A stretch of 63,649 nucleotides of DNA, filler included, from Octopus bimaculoides (Eukaryota), in NCBI RefSeq assembly GCF_001194135.2. It is 8 parts of 6 records of this genome, joined end to end, with 100 filler letters (N's around TTAATTAATTAA, not from the genome) between each part and the next. Parts side by side here need not be neighbours in the genome. Positions count along the whole stretch, not along the records: positions 1 to 4,774 come from NC_068987.1; positions 4,875 to 9,528 come from NC_068985.1; positions 9,629 to 25,282 come from NC_068991.1; 5 more parts are not named here. The stretch is one strand, 5' to 3'. Position numbers and translations under genes: made by a program. Below the pieces are notes generated by a model. It worked only from the letters and a program-made list of their open reading frames with translations. It was not told the DNA's origin and did not search any database. Positions 1 to 11,768 of this stretch are shown piece after piece (position 1 is the first letter of the stretch; each line of letters starts with the position of its first letter).

Positions 1-103
1 GTCATACTCTCTCTCTCTTTCCTTTCCCGAGCGTCTAATAACACTATCCGTATCACGTCCTCACTTTGTTGTTTTTTTGTTATTGTTTTTTGTCTTTTTT
101 TGA

Positions 104-138
<35 letters not shown>

Positions 139-939
139 AACAAATATATTGTTTTGTCTTAGGAGAGCCATTATGCCAATAATAACAACACAAACACAGG
201 TTCAATGCCATTTCTTTATTATTAGGCAATTGGTTAAAAATTTATATAACTAATCCATCGTTTGTTTTATGTGTTGGTTAAACAATCAATCGATTGTTTC
301 TTAGTCAAAGTTCTTTACACACACACGCGCGCGTGTGTGTGTATGTGCGTGCGTAATTTATGTATGGTAGTGGACTGAGGAAGGATAGCAGAGCAATGAT
401 TTACAAAATGGAGAGGAAAGCAGAATATGCTTCATCATGGACACAGCAGACGTGTGTAAAAATGAATAAATAAATAAATGAAAACCGAGAACAAATACAC
501 AGAAACAAACAAGCATACACACACATGCGCGCGCATGTATCATATTTAATGTAAATACATCGTTGGAAAGTAAATTTACAACAGCATTCGTCCAGAGATA
601 ACATCTTATATGGACGTGCTGTATTTAAAAACACAATATATATTAGAGGTATACGAAAATCGTCCCAGCAGTGTGTAGCAAGGACGCTAGATGTACTTCT
701 GTCTCACTGGATGTTGCCAATGGCGTGTACTCACACACACAAAAACACACACTCTCTCTCTCTCTCACTTTTCCCTCCATTCCTCACCCTCTCTTAAAGT
801 ATTGAGAGATAACGACAGGGGCAGATTACTTGCTGCAAAGGAGATACAAAGTTGGGGTCACTTTATACTAAGTATTCAGAGATAAAGTGCGAGAGAAACG
901 ACAGGGACAGATTACTTGCTGCAAAGGAGATACAAAGAC

Positions 940-1640
940 ACTTTGCATTGTATAAAGTGAACGGAGGGAATTGGGATGGGATTGGAAGAGAGATAAAGAT
1001 GGTGGTGACAAGATGTTAGAGTGTACAAGAAAATGAAAAGAAGTCAGTGTAGAGACAAAAGATCAGGAAGGTAGGAGGATAACAGTTGTAAGTGTGTTTG
1101 TGGAGAATGGGAGAAAGTTAGAAATGTGAGTAGGATGGAGTGAATGAAATGAATGGCAAATAAGGGTGAAGAGGTGGTAGATAAAAGTTGGTGGTAAGGT
1201 ATAGGGAGAGGAGGTGATGACTGGCAGTACAGAAAAGATAAAGAGTAACAGAAGAATAATGTAGCAAATAGGGGAAGAATAAAAGTTCAGGAAATGATGC
1301 ATAGGTGGTGGGTGTTTAGGTTGCAACAGTGTGTGGGAAGAGAGCAAGATGTATGGTGATAGGGGCGGAAGTGGTCAGAAGTCCATAGAGATAAGTGTTA
1401 CAGGCAAGGGGAACAGAAAACTAGTATTACAGAAAAGGACGATGAAATATGTACGTAATTCTGCTTTTATTTAATTATGTAGAGCAGTAGAATACTGCAG
1501 TAGTTAGGAAGGGAATAGAAGAATCAATGATAGGGAAATAAAATGGTTATGATGAAGGCTTGATGAGGGAAAATTGGGCAAGAGGCCAAGTTACGTGTAT
1601 ACACATTATGTTTCAAGATGATGAATGTGTCTGCTTCAGC
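940..1640 (-). mobile_element. Highly degenerate retroelement remnant (possibly Penelope-like RT-linker region)
   Basis: Long purine-skewed, non-microsatellite block. The minus frame reads PYTLPPTFIYHLFTLICHSFHSL, weakly like the PLTYHP..I...F..LQ motif of PLEs. Weak. Confidence 0.2.
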
Positions 1641-1959
1641 ACTATATGTTATCAATAGGCATAAGTATGTAAGTTTGAGGATCCAGTTTCAATTTCAATG
1701 CTTGTCATCCTGCATGGATGTCTTCTACTATAAATCTTGGCTGACTAAGAACTTATGAGTGAATATCAAAGATGGAAGATGAAGCTCACTTTGTGTGTGT
1801 GTGTGCATGTGTGGCTGGGTGGATGGTTGTGTTTGTGACAACTTGTCTTTACATTATGTGTTAATTGTAAGCAGATAACAGTCATACAAGCAGTGTCATA
1901 TATTAGTAAACTTATATGAAATCAAGATCAGACTAGGGGAGAATATTATATTGCATGGA

Positions 1960-2080
1960 AATAGATGAGGATTGCAGACAGGGAGAGCATCCAGCCACAG
2001 AAAAATCTACCTCATCTAATTTTGTCTGACCCATGCAAGTATGGAAAAGTAGATGTTAAAATAATAAGATTGATGATGAT
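1960..2080 (+). mobile_element. Degenerate RTE-LINE-type 3' tail
   Basis: gggagagcatccagcc...gacccatgcaagtatggaaaagtagatgttaaa...gatgatga resembles the RTE tail at 61390-61518 and ends in (GAT)n. Confidence 0.5.
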
Positions 2081-2330
2081 TTCAATATATATATTATGTG
2101 CACTTCATTTTGTTTATAAACTGAACATGAGTGTGTGTGTGTGTGTGTGTTCATGTGTGTGTGGTTTGTGTGTGTGCGTGTGTAAATCATCATTTAATGT
2201 CTGCTTTCCATGCTGGCGTAGGTGTGTATATATATATATATATATATATTTATTTATATACACACACACACATACACATGAGTGTCAGCTGAAAAGTTCA
2301 TAGGCTGCACCAAGATACTCTCATGCTGCA

Positions 2331-2478
2331 GGAGTGGTTGTGTGGTAAGTAGCTTGCTTACCAACCATATGGTTCCGGGTTCTGTCCCACTGTGTGGCAC
2401 CTTGGGCAAGTGTCTTCTACTACAGCCTCGGGCCGACCAAAGCCTTGTGAGTGGATTTGGTAGACAGAAACTGAAACT
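2331..2478 (+). mobile_element. tRNA-derived SINE family A, 5' part
   Basis: A-box-like tggttgtgtgg and B-box-like ggttctgtccc; aligns with copies at 41499, 57227 and 63394. Confidence 0.85.
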
Positions 2479-3569
2479 ATAATCTAGTGGCANNNNNNNN
2501 NNNNNNNNNNNNNNNNNNNNNNNNNNNNNNNNNNNNNNNNNNNNNNNNNNNNNNNNNNNNNNNNNNNNNNNNNNNNNNNNNNNNNNNNNNNNNNNNNNNN
2601 NNNNNNNNNNNNNNNNNNNNNNNGCATGCACTAATTAATTCATCCACTTGTTTTTAGAACTTCAAATTCTTTATTTTACTAAATGGTTAAAATTCCTTAT
2701 TCGAAATTCCTCAACCCCAAAGACCTAATTAAAAGAACAAAGTGATATTTTCTCGTAGAAGGCTAACTTAAATGCTTGTAATTCTAATAGAAAATTAAAA
2801 TCTTGAGTAGATTTCTCTCCATATATCAAATTCTCTCTCTCTTTCCCTCTGCTTTCTCTCCTCCTCTACCTCTCTCTTTTCTCTCTGTCTTTCTCTCTTT
2901 TAGCATTCTTCAATCTTTGAATAATAGGTCAAATATTTTTTTTTTTTTTAATCACTAAAAATTTCTTTATTTATAGTAAGGTGTCAAATACCAGTCTTTT
3001 GTCTTGTCATGGTACATCTCTATAACTGCTAAAAACTTTTAGATTGACAAAAAGCCAAATGCTTTTGTGTGAAAACCAATATCCCATTTCTGTTCGTGGT
3101 CACAATGAATCCATTGTTTTGCTGTGAGATTTGATTGTGTTGATGGATTCCAAACAGAACAAGCAACATAATACATGTAATCTAACTGTAGTTAAACTGG
3201 CATTAACAGTTAAACTACAGAAAATGTTTACTCAAACAACTGTTTGCAATTGTTAATGTCAGATTTAACATTTCTGGAGCAGGGCAATGGAGATAAATGC
3301 TGTAAAATGGAGATTATAGATAGCATCCAGATATCTAAACATAAAATACTGATAAGTCAATAAATGAATAAAAATAAAAAAACATCAAAATTCTTACTAT
3401 TTTCTTTGGACGGAGGATAGTAGGAAGCAATGTTATTGCTTGCTATTCAGCCACTCTTACCAGTCTTAGCCAAGAAGATACGATATCATATATACAAGGA
3501 AATTCTCAAATGAAAAATGTTTTGGCTTTTATTCAGGACTATTATCGATATCATCTATTTTCTGTTATT

Positions 3570-3871
3570 TTTTTTACTTGCTTTCAGTCATTGGATTGTG
3601 GCCATACTGGGGCACTGCCTTGAAAGGTTTTAGCTGGAAGAATTGATTCCAGTAAGTCAATTCTTTGACTCCAGTAGTTACTTTTAAAGCTTGGTACTTA
3701 TGCCAAACTACTGAGTTATGGGAATGTAAACAAACTAACAAGCAGTGCTGGAGGACAAACACAAACATAAAGAGACACACACACACACACACACATAGAT
3801 ACATGCATACATACATGTGTATGTACGTACATGTGTGTTGTTGTGTATACATATTTACATATATATATATG

Positions 3872-3906
<35 letters not shown>

Positions 3907-3920
3907 ATATNNNNNNNNNN

Positions 3921-3967
<47 letters not shown>

Positions 3968-4039
3968 GGGCTTCCAAATTTATTCACAAGGCTTTGGTCA
4001 GCTCAGGGTTATAACAGAAGACATTTGCCCAAGGTGCCA
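3570..4039 (-). mobile_element. SINE family A, 5'-truncated, with internal (CA)/(TA) tract
   Basis: 3' end tttttacttgctttcagtcatt; the body matches other copies. Truncated at ggtgcca, where a hairpin begins. Confidence 0.7.
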
Positions 4040-4225
4040 CCTCATGGCACCTTGGGCAAATGTCTTCTTTTGTCCGAAGAGGCAAAAGGCAAAATCAAAC
4101 TCAGCTGAATTTGTACTCAGAACAAAAAGAGCTGGAAGAAATGTGCTGAGCATTTTATCTGACATGCTAATTGTTCTGCTCATTGGTGTAATAATTATAC
4201 TAACAAGAGCATTCAGAGAGCGCAA

Positions 4226-4547
4226 ACCTCTGCCAAGGCAACACCAATAATTAGCCCAAGATAGTTTTTAAAATGAGAATATCTGAAATAAACTCAACTG
4301 CTCTCACGAATGAGAATACTAAAAATGAACCCAACAGCCCTCAAGAATTAAGTAAAAGAACAGGAAGAACAATCCAGAATCCTTGTCCAGTATTGGATTG
4401 ATCCCAAAATCTAATCAGTTCATGCCAATCATAAGGCCAAACATCCCTGAAAGTTTCATCTAAATCCATCCAGTGGTCCTTGAGATATCTTGTCCACGGA
4501 CAAACAAACAAACAAACACGACTGGAAACAACACCTAAGGCAGAGGT
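4226..4547. mobile_element. MITE-like non-autonomous element
   Basis: 9-bp terminal inverted repeat acctctgcc (4226-4234) / ggcagaggt (4539-4547), non-coding interior with (CAAA)n. Confidence 0.5.
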
Positions 4548-4559
4548 AATAATTCTTTC

Positions 4560-4774
4560 TATTATAAGCACAAGGCTGAAATTCTGTCAAGAGGGGCTAG
4601 TCACTGACATTGGCCTCAATGATCAACTGCTACTTATTTTATTAACCCCAAAAGAATGAAAGGCAATGGTGACCTTGACAACATTTCACCTCAGAATGTA
4701 AAACCAGAAGTAATACAAGCGAACATTTTGTTTGACATGATTTTGGGGAAGGGGGTGAGTCGATTACATCAACC
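4560..4774 (-). mobile_element. tRNA-derived SINE family B fragment(s)
   Basis: Aligns with 47255-47466 and 52064-52272 (gaatgaaaggcaa..gacct..tcagaatgtaaa). Confidence 0.65.
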
Positions 4775-4818
4775 NNNNNNNNNNNNNNNNNNNNNNNNNN
4801 NNNNNNNNNNNNNNNNNN

Positions 4819-4830
4819 TTAATTAATTAA
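4819..4830. other. Assembly spacer TTAATTAATTAA inside a 100-nt gap (44N+12+44N); also at 9573, 25327, 36877, 41442, 45063, 54285
   Basis: Identical 12-mer centred in N runs seven times; it carries TAA stops in all six frames. Artefact, not genomic. Confidence 0.95.
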
Positions 4831-5099
4831 NNNNNNNNNNNNNNNNNNNNNNNNNNNNNNNNNNNNNNNNNNNNTATATACATGCATGCATTACATATTT
4901 GGAAGCAACAGGTTTGTGATCGGATCCCTCCTTGCTATAGTTTCCGCAGAAATGATAGATATATCCTTTAAATCCAGTGAATGGATTTATTTTTCTATCT
5001 CCAGTTGGTGTCTACATAACTATAATGTTTAATAATGTTTTTCAGAAACGGACAGAAGTGAGCACGCATACAACATCAAAGGCACGTATACCCATACAC

Positions 5100-5130
<31 letters not shown>

Positions 5131-5294
5131 TGTATGTATGTATGTATGCATGTACGTGCATGCGTGTGAGTGAGTGTTTATATCCAAAATTCTGTATGCA
5201 AATGTATGTTGCGTATTATCAGATATTTGTATCGTGTTTCTTTTTTTGGTAAATATTAAATATTTTACGTATATAGGTAAAAAAGAAAAATATT

Positions 5295-5296
<2 letters not shown>

Positions 5297-5372
<76 letters not shown>

Positions 5373-5380
5373 AGAGAGAG
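5297..5380. repeat. (GA)n microsatellite
   Basis: Direct reading. Confidence 0.95.
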
Positions 5381-5639
5381 AAAGCGCCTGAGAAGTGGAA
5401 GACGGGAAAAGAAAGAAGAAAAGAAAGAGGAAAAGAAAATAATAATGATGATGATGATATTGATGATGATGATGATGATGATAATAATAATAATAATTGC
5501 AAAGGAGCACACGGGAAGGACGACGGCTTGTTGGCATGGCTAATCTCTAGGAAAGGTCACTTGCACTTTAAGTCTGAGCAAGTTTCAACGCTGCTGTTGC
5601 CGACCAAAATGCTGCATCACAGGCAGCGACAACAATGGA

Positions 5640-6350
5640 AGAACTAAGAACTACACGGCAACAGCGAGCAGCGTCGATGGAACGATGTGGCACCGGCACC
5701 AGTCATCATCATCATTATCAGCAACGTCGGAGTCATCGTCATCATAGTAACCACTGTCACCATAGTCACTTTCGTCATCGTCGTCGTCGTCGTCGTCATT
5801 GGCAACAAGCGAAACAACGGCAGCAGTGCAGTTGCATCGGTTATAGCTATAACAACACAAACACTAACAACAACAACAACAACAACCACGACCACCGTCA
5901 CAACAACAATAAGAAGAGGAGCAATATTTGCAATAGCAACAGCAGCAGCAGCAGCAGCAGCAGCGGCAGCGGCAGCGGCAGTAACAGCAGCTGCTGCTGT
6001 TTCTGCAGCAAGCAGCTTGGGTACAGCGGCAGTGGTCGATGGTGGCGGTGGTGGTGGTGGTGGTGGTGGGAAAAGCCGGGAATCAGACAGAGAGGTAGCA
6101 AGTGCCTGTGTTGCTTGTTGTTCATCGCCGTGGTGATGAAGTGGAGATGGTGGTGGTGGTGGTGGTGGTGGTGGTGGTGGTGGTGGTGCTGCTGCTGCTG
6201 GCGGTCTGGATTGTTGCTTATGGTGATGCTTTGGTGTGTAATTGTTGTTGTTGATATTGTTGACAGTGGACAAATTGATAGTCGACGCTGACGATGACGA
6301 TAATTACGACGAAGTTAACAACAACAATAACAACAACAACAACAATATGA
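5640..6350. repeat. GC-rich compound trinucleotide mosaic (CAT/CGT/CAA/CAG/GGT)
   Basis: Successive trinucleotide runs give overlapping low-complexity ORFs of 218, 209 and 149 aa. Confidence 0.85.
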
Positions 6351-6393
6351 TTATTACTGTTGTCGTTGTTGCTGTTAAGGTTGGTATCATTAT

Positions 6394-6939
6394 TGGGTGA
6401 GTTAGTAGCTCATGCCATCAAAGTGACACTGGGGTACAAATATACAAAACCCAATATATCCATCATGACTACCCGTCTGATAAGGGTACATCAGGCGCAT
6501 TTACAACAACCTTATGTGCGCGACACGGTGGCCTCATATCAAGCTAAACTGTGCACGATCTTGCAGGTGGAGCCCAGTTGGAATTTTCTTCTGGTCGAGA
6601 AGCCCATCCCGCTGAAAATGTCCCTGAATAAGGAATGTAAAAGATGTTGAAGGCAGCTCTCAATTTTCCAGAGGTGAATCATTCACACCACAAAAAATCC
6701 CTTTCAACACATGGCTATGATGCTCCCCAACTTACTTCTGCTCATAACCAGAGCTGCACATATCGTCAGCCACTAAGGGACATACTTAACTGGTTACGGT
6801 CAAACAACTGGCAGGCAAATGTGTGTTATTGTGCAAAATATTTGCTGTAGTCCATCTTTTAGAGCAAACGAAAACAACTACATGATAACACTTCCAGTCA
6901 CTTAAGATCAAAAGCCACGAGAGCCACTGCATCAGAGCA
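6394..6939 (-). mobile_element. ~550-bp non-coding interspersed element, copy 1, bounded by ATT repeats
   Basis: Aligns with 7282-7736 and 7796-7966 (catgccatcaaagtgacactgggg...gataagggtac...gcaggtgg.gcccagtt). Strand is inferred. Confidence 0.75.
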
Positions 6940-6953
6940 TTATTATTATTATT

Positions 6954-7255
6954 AACATTGTTCAACTTTTGGTAGTTTCAGGCAAATTTCTACTGCTTCA
7001 CCAGCTGCACCTCCATGTTGCTGTGACGTGTGCAGCATTGAGTATTCTTTATGTTGGGAGTGTACAAAATCTTCCCGGCAGTATATTGCATCAGATTTTT
7101 TTTCAGGTGTGGTGCAGTCTTTTGTTGTATTAGAATTTGTATTGTGTGTTGTGTGTGTAATGCGTTGGCTATTCGGATTGCTGGTGGCAGTTTATTTCAT
7201 TGGATATTTACTGTATAGAGCTTGTCTTGGGTTTGTGGATTCTTTTGTTTAGGTT
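6954..7255 (-). mobile_element. Possible LINE 3' fragment with (AAT)n tail (R4/Dong-like)
   Basis: Lies between two ATT runs. The minus frame IQQKTA...TAGKILY loosely resembles the R4 C-terminal QK.V...TARILRK motif. Confidence 0.3.
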
Positions 7256-7281
7256 GTTGTTATTATCATTATTATTATTAT

Positions 7282-7735
7282 TGAGTGAGAGAGCAGAGCG
7301 TGCCATCAAAGTAATACTGGGGTAAAATATACGAAGACCAGTATACCTATCACCACTACATGTCTGATAAGAGTATATCAGGTACATGCATCACAGTCAT
7401 ATGTACGCGAGATGGTGATCTCATATCAAGATAAACAGCGCATGACCTTGCAGGTGGGGCCCAGTTAGAATTTTCTTCAGGTCAAGTAGCCAATCCCACT
7501 CAAATGGTCCTTGAATAAGGATTGTTTAAGAGGTAGCTTATTCAAATTCCCCCACTACTTCTGCTCGTGATCAATGATAAACATATCATAAACCACCAAA
7601 AGATATGCTCAACTGGTTAAGGTCAAACCACTGTGGTATTGAGCAGAATATTTGCTGTAGCCCATCTTTTATACCAAGACAAAACAATGTACATGATAAC
7701 ACTTCTAATCAGTTAGGATCAGAAGCCATGAGAAC

Positions 7736-7736
<1 letters not shown>
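7282..7736 (-). mobile_element. Same element as 6394-6939, copy 2 (internal deletion)
   Basis: Direct alignment; (ATT)n on both sides. Confidence 0.75.
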
Positions 7737-7771
<35 letters not shown>

Positions 7772-7796
7772 CATTATTATTATTATTATTATTATT
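7737..7796. repeat. (ATT)n microsatellite
   Basis: Direct reading. Confidence 0.95.
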
Positions 7797-7966
7797 GAGT
7801 GAGAGAGCAGTGCATGCCATCAAATTGATACTGGGGTAAAATATACGAAGCCCATTATACCCATCATGACTACCCGTCTGATAAGGGTACACCAGGCACA
7901 TGGATCACAACCATATGTGCGTGACACGGTGATCTCATATCAAGATAAACAGCGCATGACCTCGCA
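7796..7966 (-). mobile_element. Same element, copy 3 (partial, runs into (CA)n and a gap)
   Basis: gagtgagagagcagtgcatgccatc...gataaacagcgcatgacc aligns with copies 1 and 2. Confidence 0.75.
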
Positions 7967-8714
7967 CGCACACACACACACANNNNNNNNNNNNNNNNNN
8001 NNNNNNNNNNNNNNNNNNNNNNNNNNNNNNNNNNNNNNNNNNNNNNNNNNNNNNNNNNNNNNNNNNNNNNNNNNNNNNNNNNNNNNNNNNNNNNNNNNNN
8101 NNNNNNNNNNNNNNNNNNNNNNNNNNNNNNNNNNNNNNNNNNNNNNNNNNNNNNNNNNNNNNNNNNNNNNNNNNNNNNNNNNNNNNNNNNNNNNNNNNNN
8201 NNNNNNNNNNNNNNNNNNNNNNNNNNNNNNNNNNNNNNNNNNNNNNNNNNNNNNNNNNNNNNNNNNNNNNNNNNNNNNNNNNNNNNNNNNNNNNNNNNNN
8301 NNNNNNNNNNNNNNNNNNNNNNNNNNNNNNNNNNNNNNNNNNNNNNNNNNNNNNNNNNNNNNNNNNNNNNNNNNNNNNNNNNNNNNNNNNNNNNNNNNNN
8401 NNNNNNNNNNNNNNNNNNNNNNNNNNNNNNNNNNNNNNNNNNNNNNNNNNNNNNNNNNNNNNNNNNNNNNNNNNNNNNNNNNNNNNNNNNNNNNNNNNNN
8501 NNNNNNNNNNNNNNNNNNNNNNNNNNNNNNNNNNNNNNNNNNNNNNNNNNNNNNNNNNNNNNNNNNNNNNNNNNNNNNNNNNNNNNNNNNNNNNNNNNNN
8601 NNNNNNNNNNNNNNNNNNNNNNNNNNNNNNNNNNNNNNNNNNNNNNNNNNNNNNNNNNNNNNNNNNNNNNNNNNNNNNNNNNNNNNNNNNNNNNNNNNNN
8701 NNNNNNNNNNNNNN

Positions 8715-8756
<42 letters not shown>

Positions 8757-9631
8757 ACACACACACACACACTTTTACAGGTCTATAGGCAAAAACTTGT
8801 ATCTATCTCGCACCTATAAAGACATAAACACCATTGGAGAGGAAATATTAAACACACATATTTGCATCTTCGAAATGCTTGTATTTAAGTGTGTATCAGT
8901 CAACCAATCAATCACTCAGTCAATCACTTCCTCAATCAACCAATCAATCTATTTCAATGTGAATGCGTAAGTATGTATACACATAGTCGTACACAAACAT
9001 ATATGTATGTGACTGTTAGCATGCACGTATGCAATATATCGTTGTTTTTACTGTTTTATACACTCACACGAAATAAAATTTCTTTTAAAATTAGATCAGT
9101 CATCAGAGATAAACACACATGCAATGTAACATATATGTGCATACTTATCACTCTGTTATGTCACTTAACGAAGGCAGTTTATCTTCTGCCTTCATGAGAA
9201 CACTATTTCATGCATTATGGAGCTGAAACGCACGCTATGTGGGATTAATAGCGTTATGTCTTCTATATACTTTAAACTTGAAAGCTATTCTACGTGTCTA
9301 ACATCAAAATAGTAGCTATTTACTGAATTATATACAGGTTTTCATTCATTAAATCATATTTATAATGGACTGGAAATCAGTGACATTTCGTTGTTAATAA
9401 ATATTTATAGTTTTAGTCAAGGTAGGTACTGTCTATCTTTCCTACATAAACTTATATTTACACAGGCACACACATGTACATTGCCCCACACAAATATCTA
9501 TGTGTGCATATATATATATATATATATANNNNNNNNNNNNNNNNNNNNNNNNNNNNNNNNNNNNNNNNNNNNTTAATTAATTAANNNNNNNNNNNNNNNN
9601 NNNNNNNNNNNNNNNNNNNNNNNNNNNNCCA

Positions 9632-9708
<77 letters not shown>

Positions 9709-10705
9709 GTAAACAGTGTCATTCCGATGTAAATATATATACATGCGAATGCCTTCCTCAGAGTGAGTGTGTATGAGCTTATGTGTACATATCAGTGGAT
9801 TCTGTTTGAACTTCTCTAGTATTTCAATATTGATATTGATAATATTTCCTGTGAGTTATTCATCACTGTTTATAACAATACATATAATATCACATAGAGA
9901 TTTCAGTTAGCACATCAAGAGGCTTCCTCTCGGTATTAACTCACAGAATATCACATGGTGAGTTACAGTATAGTTAACAACGTCGATAACGTCACTCAGA
10001 GAGATTCACTCAGCGATAAAATAGAAAAATAACGCGATGACATATATTTCACTTTGTCTTGTCGTTAGATACAATAAAAGGTAGCATCATATTGTATTGA
10101 ATATGGCCGAGAATAATTGAAACGGTGTTAGTGCGATATATTACATTCGAAGTATGAAGTATGAGAGAAATGATGAGTTCTATCTAGACGTAATAACACT
10201 GTCATTAAAGCAAAGATCTTAAGGTAATATTGTTGACATAGATAGGGTTAAGTCGAGAAGTAAGATCTCGCCAGGTCGAACTTGCCAACGAATTGTATTA
10301 AAAGTTCTTGATCAAAGAATCAATATTTCAGCATAAAATTTATCTTCCTATCAAAATGTAAAGTGATGCACCAATGGGGATAGAAAGAAAATAATAATGG
10401 AACTTTTTTTTTTCTTCGAGAGGTGAATAGATAGGAAGCCAGTAACGATAGTGTTTCTTAAACGTAGGTGGCCCGCGAGAATAGAAAATCCGACAGACAA
10501 CACGCTAAGATTGACACAAGATGCTTTAAAATATTCAATTATGCTCCAACACACTGATGAAGAGGAATAATTATTTTGATGCAAATCACTTTTGCCATCT
10601 GCTGAATAAAAACAGTACAAAAAATTTTCACTGCATGTATGTATGTATGCATGTATGTATGTATGTGTGTATGTATGTATTTTTGTATGTATGTATTTTT
10701 GTATG

Positions 10706-10745
<40 letters not shown>

Positions 10746-11049
10746 TCAGTGAAAGAGGTGCAGGAAGAAAGTCAGCTTCAATCAATCCGTAGTAAAAATA
10801 AGAAACAACTTTCAGGGACAATAGTGGTTTACAGAGACATATGTAGCCCGGATCTTACCTACGCCATTCCTTAACTCTTGTATATATATATATGTTTGTA
10901 TGTATACACGTGGCATTGTTATGATTCTTTATAGAATAATCCAGAGCGAAATATATCAACAGCTACATGAACCCACAAGCCTGACCAGTTTCATAACTGA
11001 AAACGTATGAAACATTCGGACCTTGAATCACTCTGTTGTTTCTTGTGGA

Positions 11050-11350
11050 TACTAATACTGTTCGGTTCTTACTCTCCTGTTTTTGCTACCACTTTAACCC
11101 TCCGTAAAAATCCCTAATTTTATTTAATTTGCTTTGTGGGAAGAACTGTTTTAACTAAGTCGCGTCTTGTCCCAACCTTTAAAACGCGGAGTTGATAAAG
11201 CCCGGGACAACTGATGAAGGGATTCTTCTTTATGTTGCCTGTCTCCTTTCTCTATTTGCTTCTTTCTTTGCTCGAAAAAAAGTTCGTTTTCCATGTTTTT
11301 GCTTTTTATGTTCTCGTTTTACATTTTGTTCACGTTTTGTTGACGTCCTG
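11050..11350 (+). mobile_element. Unclassified interspersed repeat, possibly a PLE-derived terminus with a hammerhead-like core
   Basis: GTC-ttgtccc...gggacaa-CTGATGA motif followed by a T-rich tail ending in (TA)/(TG). Confidence 0.3.
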
Positions 11351-11393
11351 TACCCATATATGCATGTATATATACATACATATATATATATAT

Positions 11394-11440
<47 letters not shown>

Positions 11441-11483
11441 CGTGTGTGTATGTGTGTGTGTCTGTCTGTTTGTTTGTATGTAT

Positions 11484-11768
11484 CTCACTAGTGAGTTTAT
11501 TTGAAGATTTCTTGCCAATAGAGAAAAAGCCGATTTCTAACATCGTCCCAAGGCTACTTCATTAGAATTTCAACAACAGCAACAGGGTATTTTTATTTGT
11601 ATGTATGTATATGTGTAGATATATAGTGTTATATCTAGACATACGCTTATATACTTAAATGATATACTTCTGGAAAGTTTTACAGATTTTTACAGTTCTA
11701 GTGATGTCTTGGATCTGTAATCTTTAAATCAGCTTTGTCCTTTCTGCTTGAGAATCCTAATTTCTGTT
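11484..11768 (-). mobile_element. 5'-truncated copy of the R4/Dong-like LINE (3' end)
   Basis: Reverse complement aligns with 59645-59957 (agaaattagg...aactgtaaaaatctgtaaaactttccagaagt...ataccctgttg...caagaaatctt). Confidence 0.8.

Noticed and set aside
805-938. 45-bp local duplication (gacagg.gcagattacttgctgcaaaggagatacaaag)
   Set aside because: Only two copies, with no array or spacer structure; an ordinary short duplication, not CRISPR-like.
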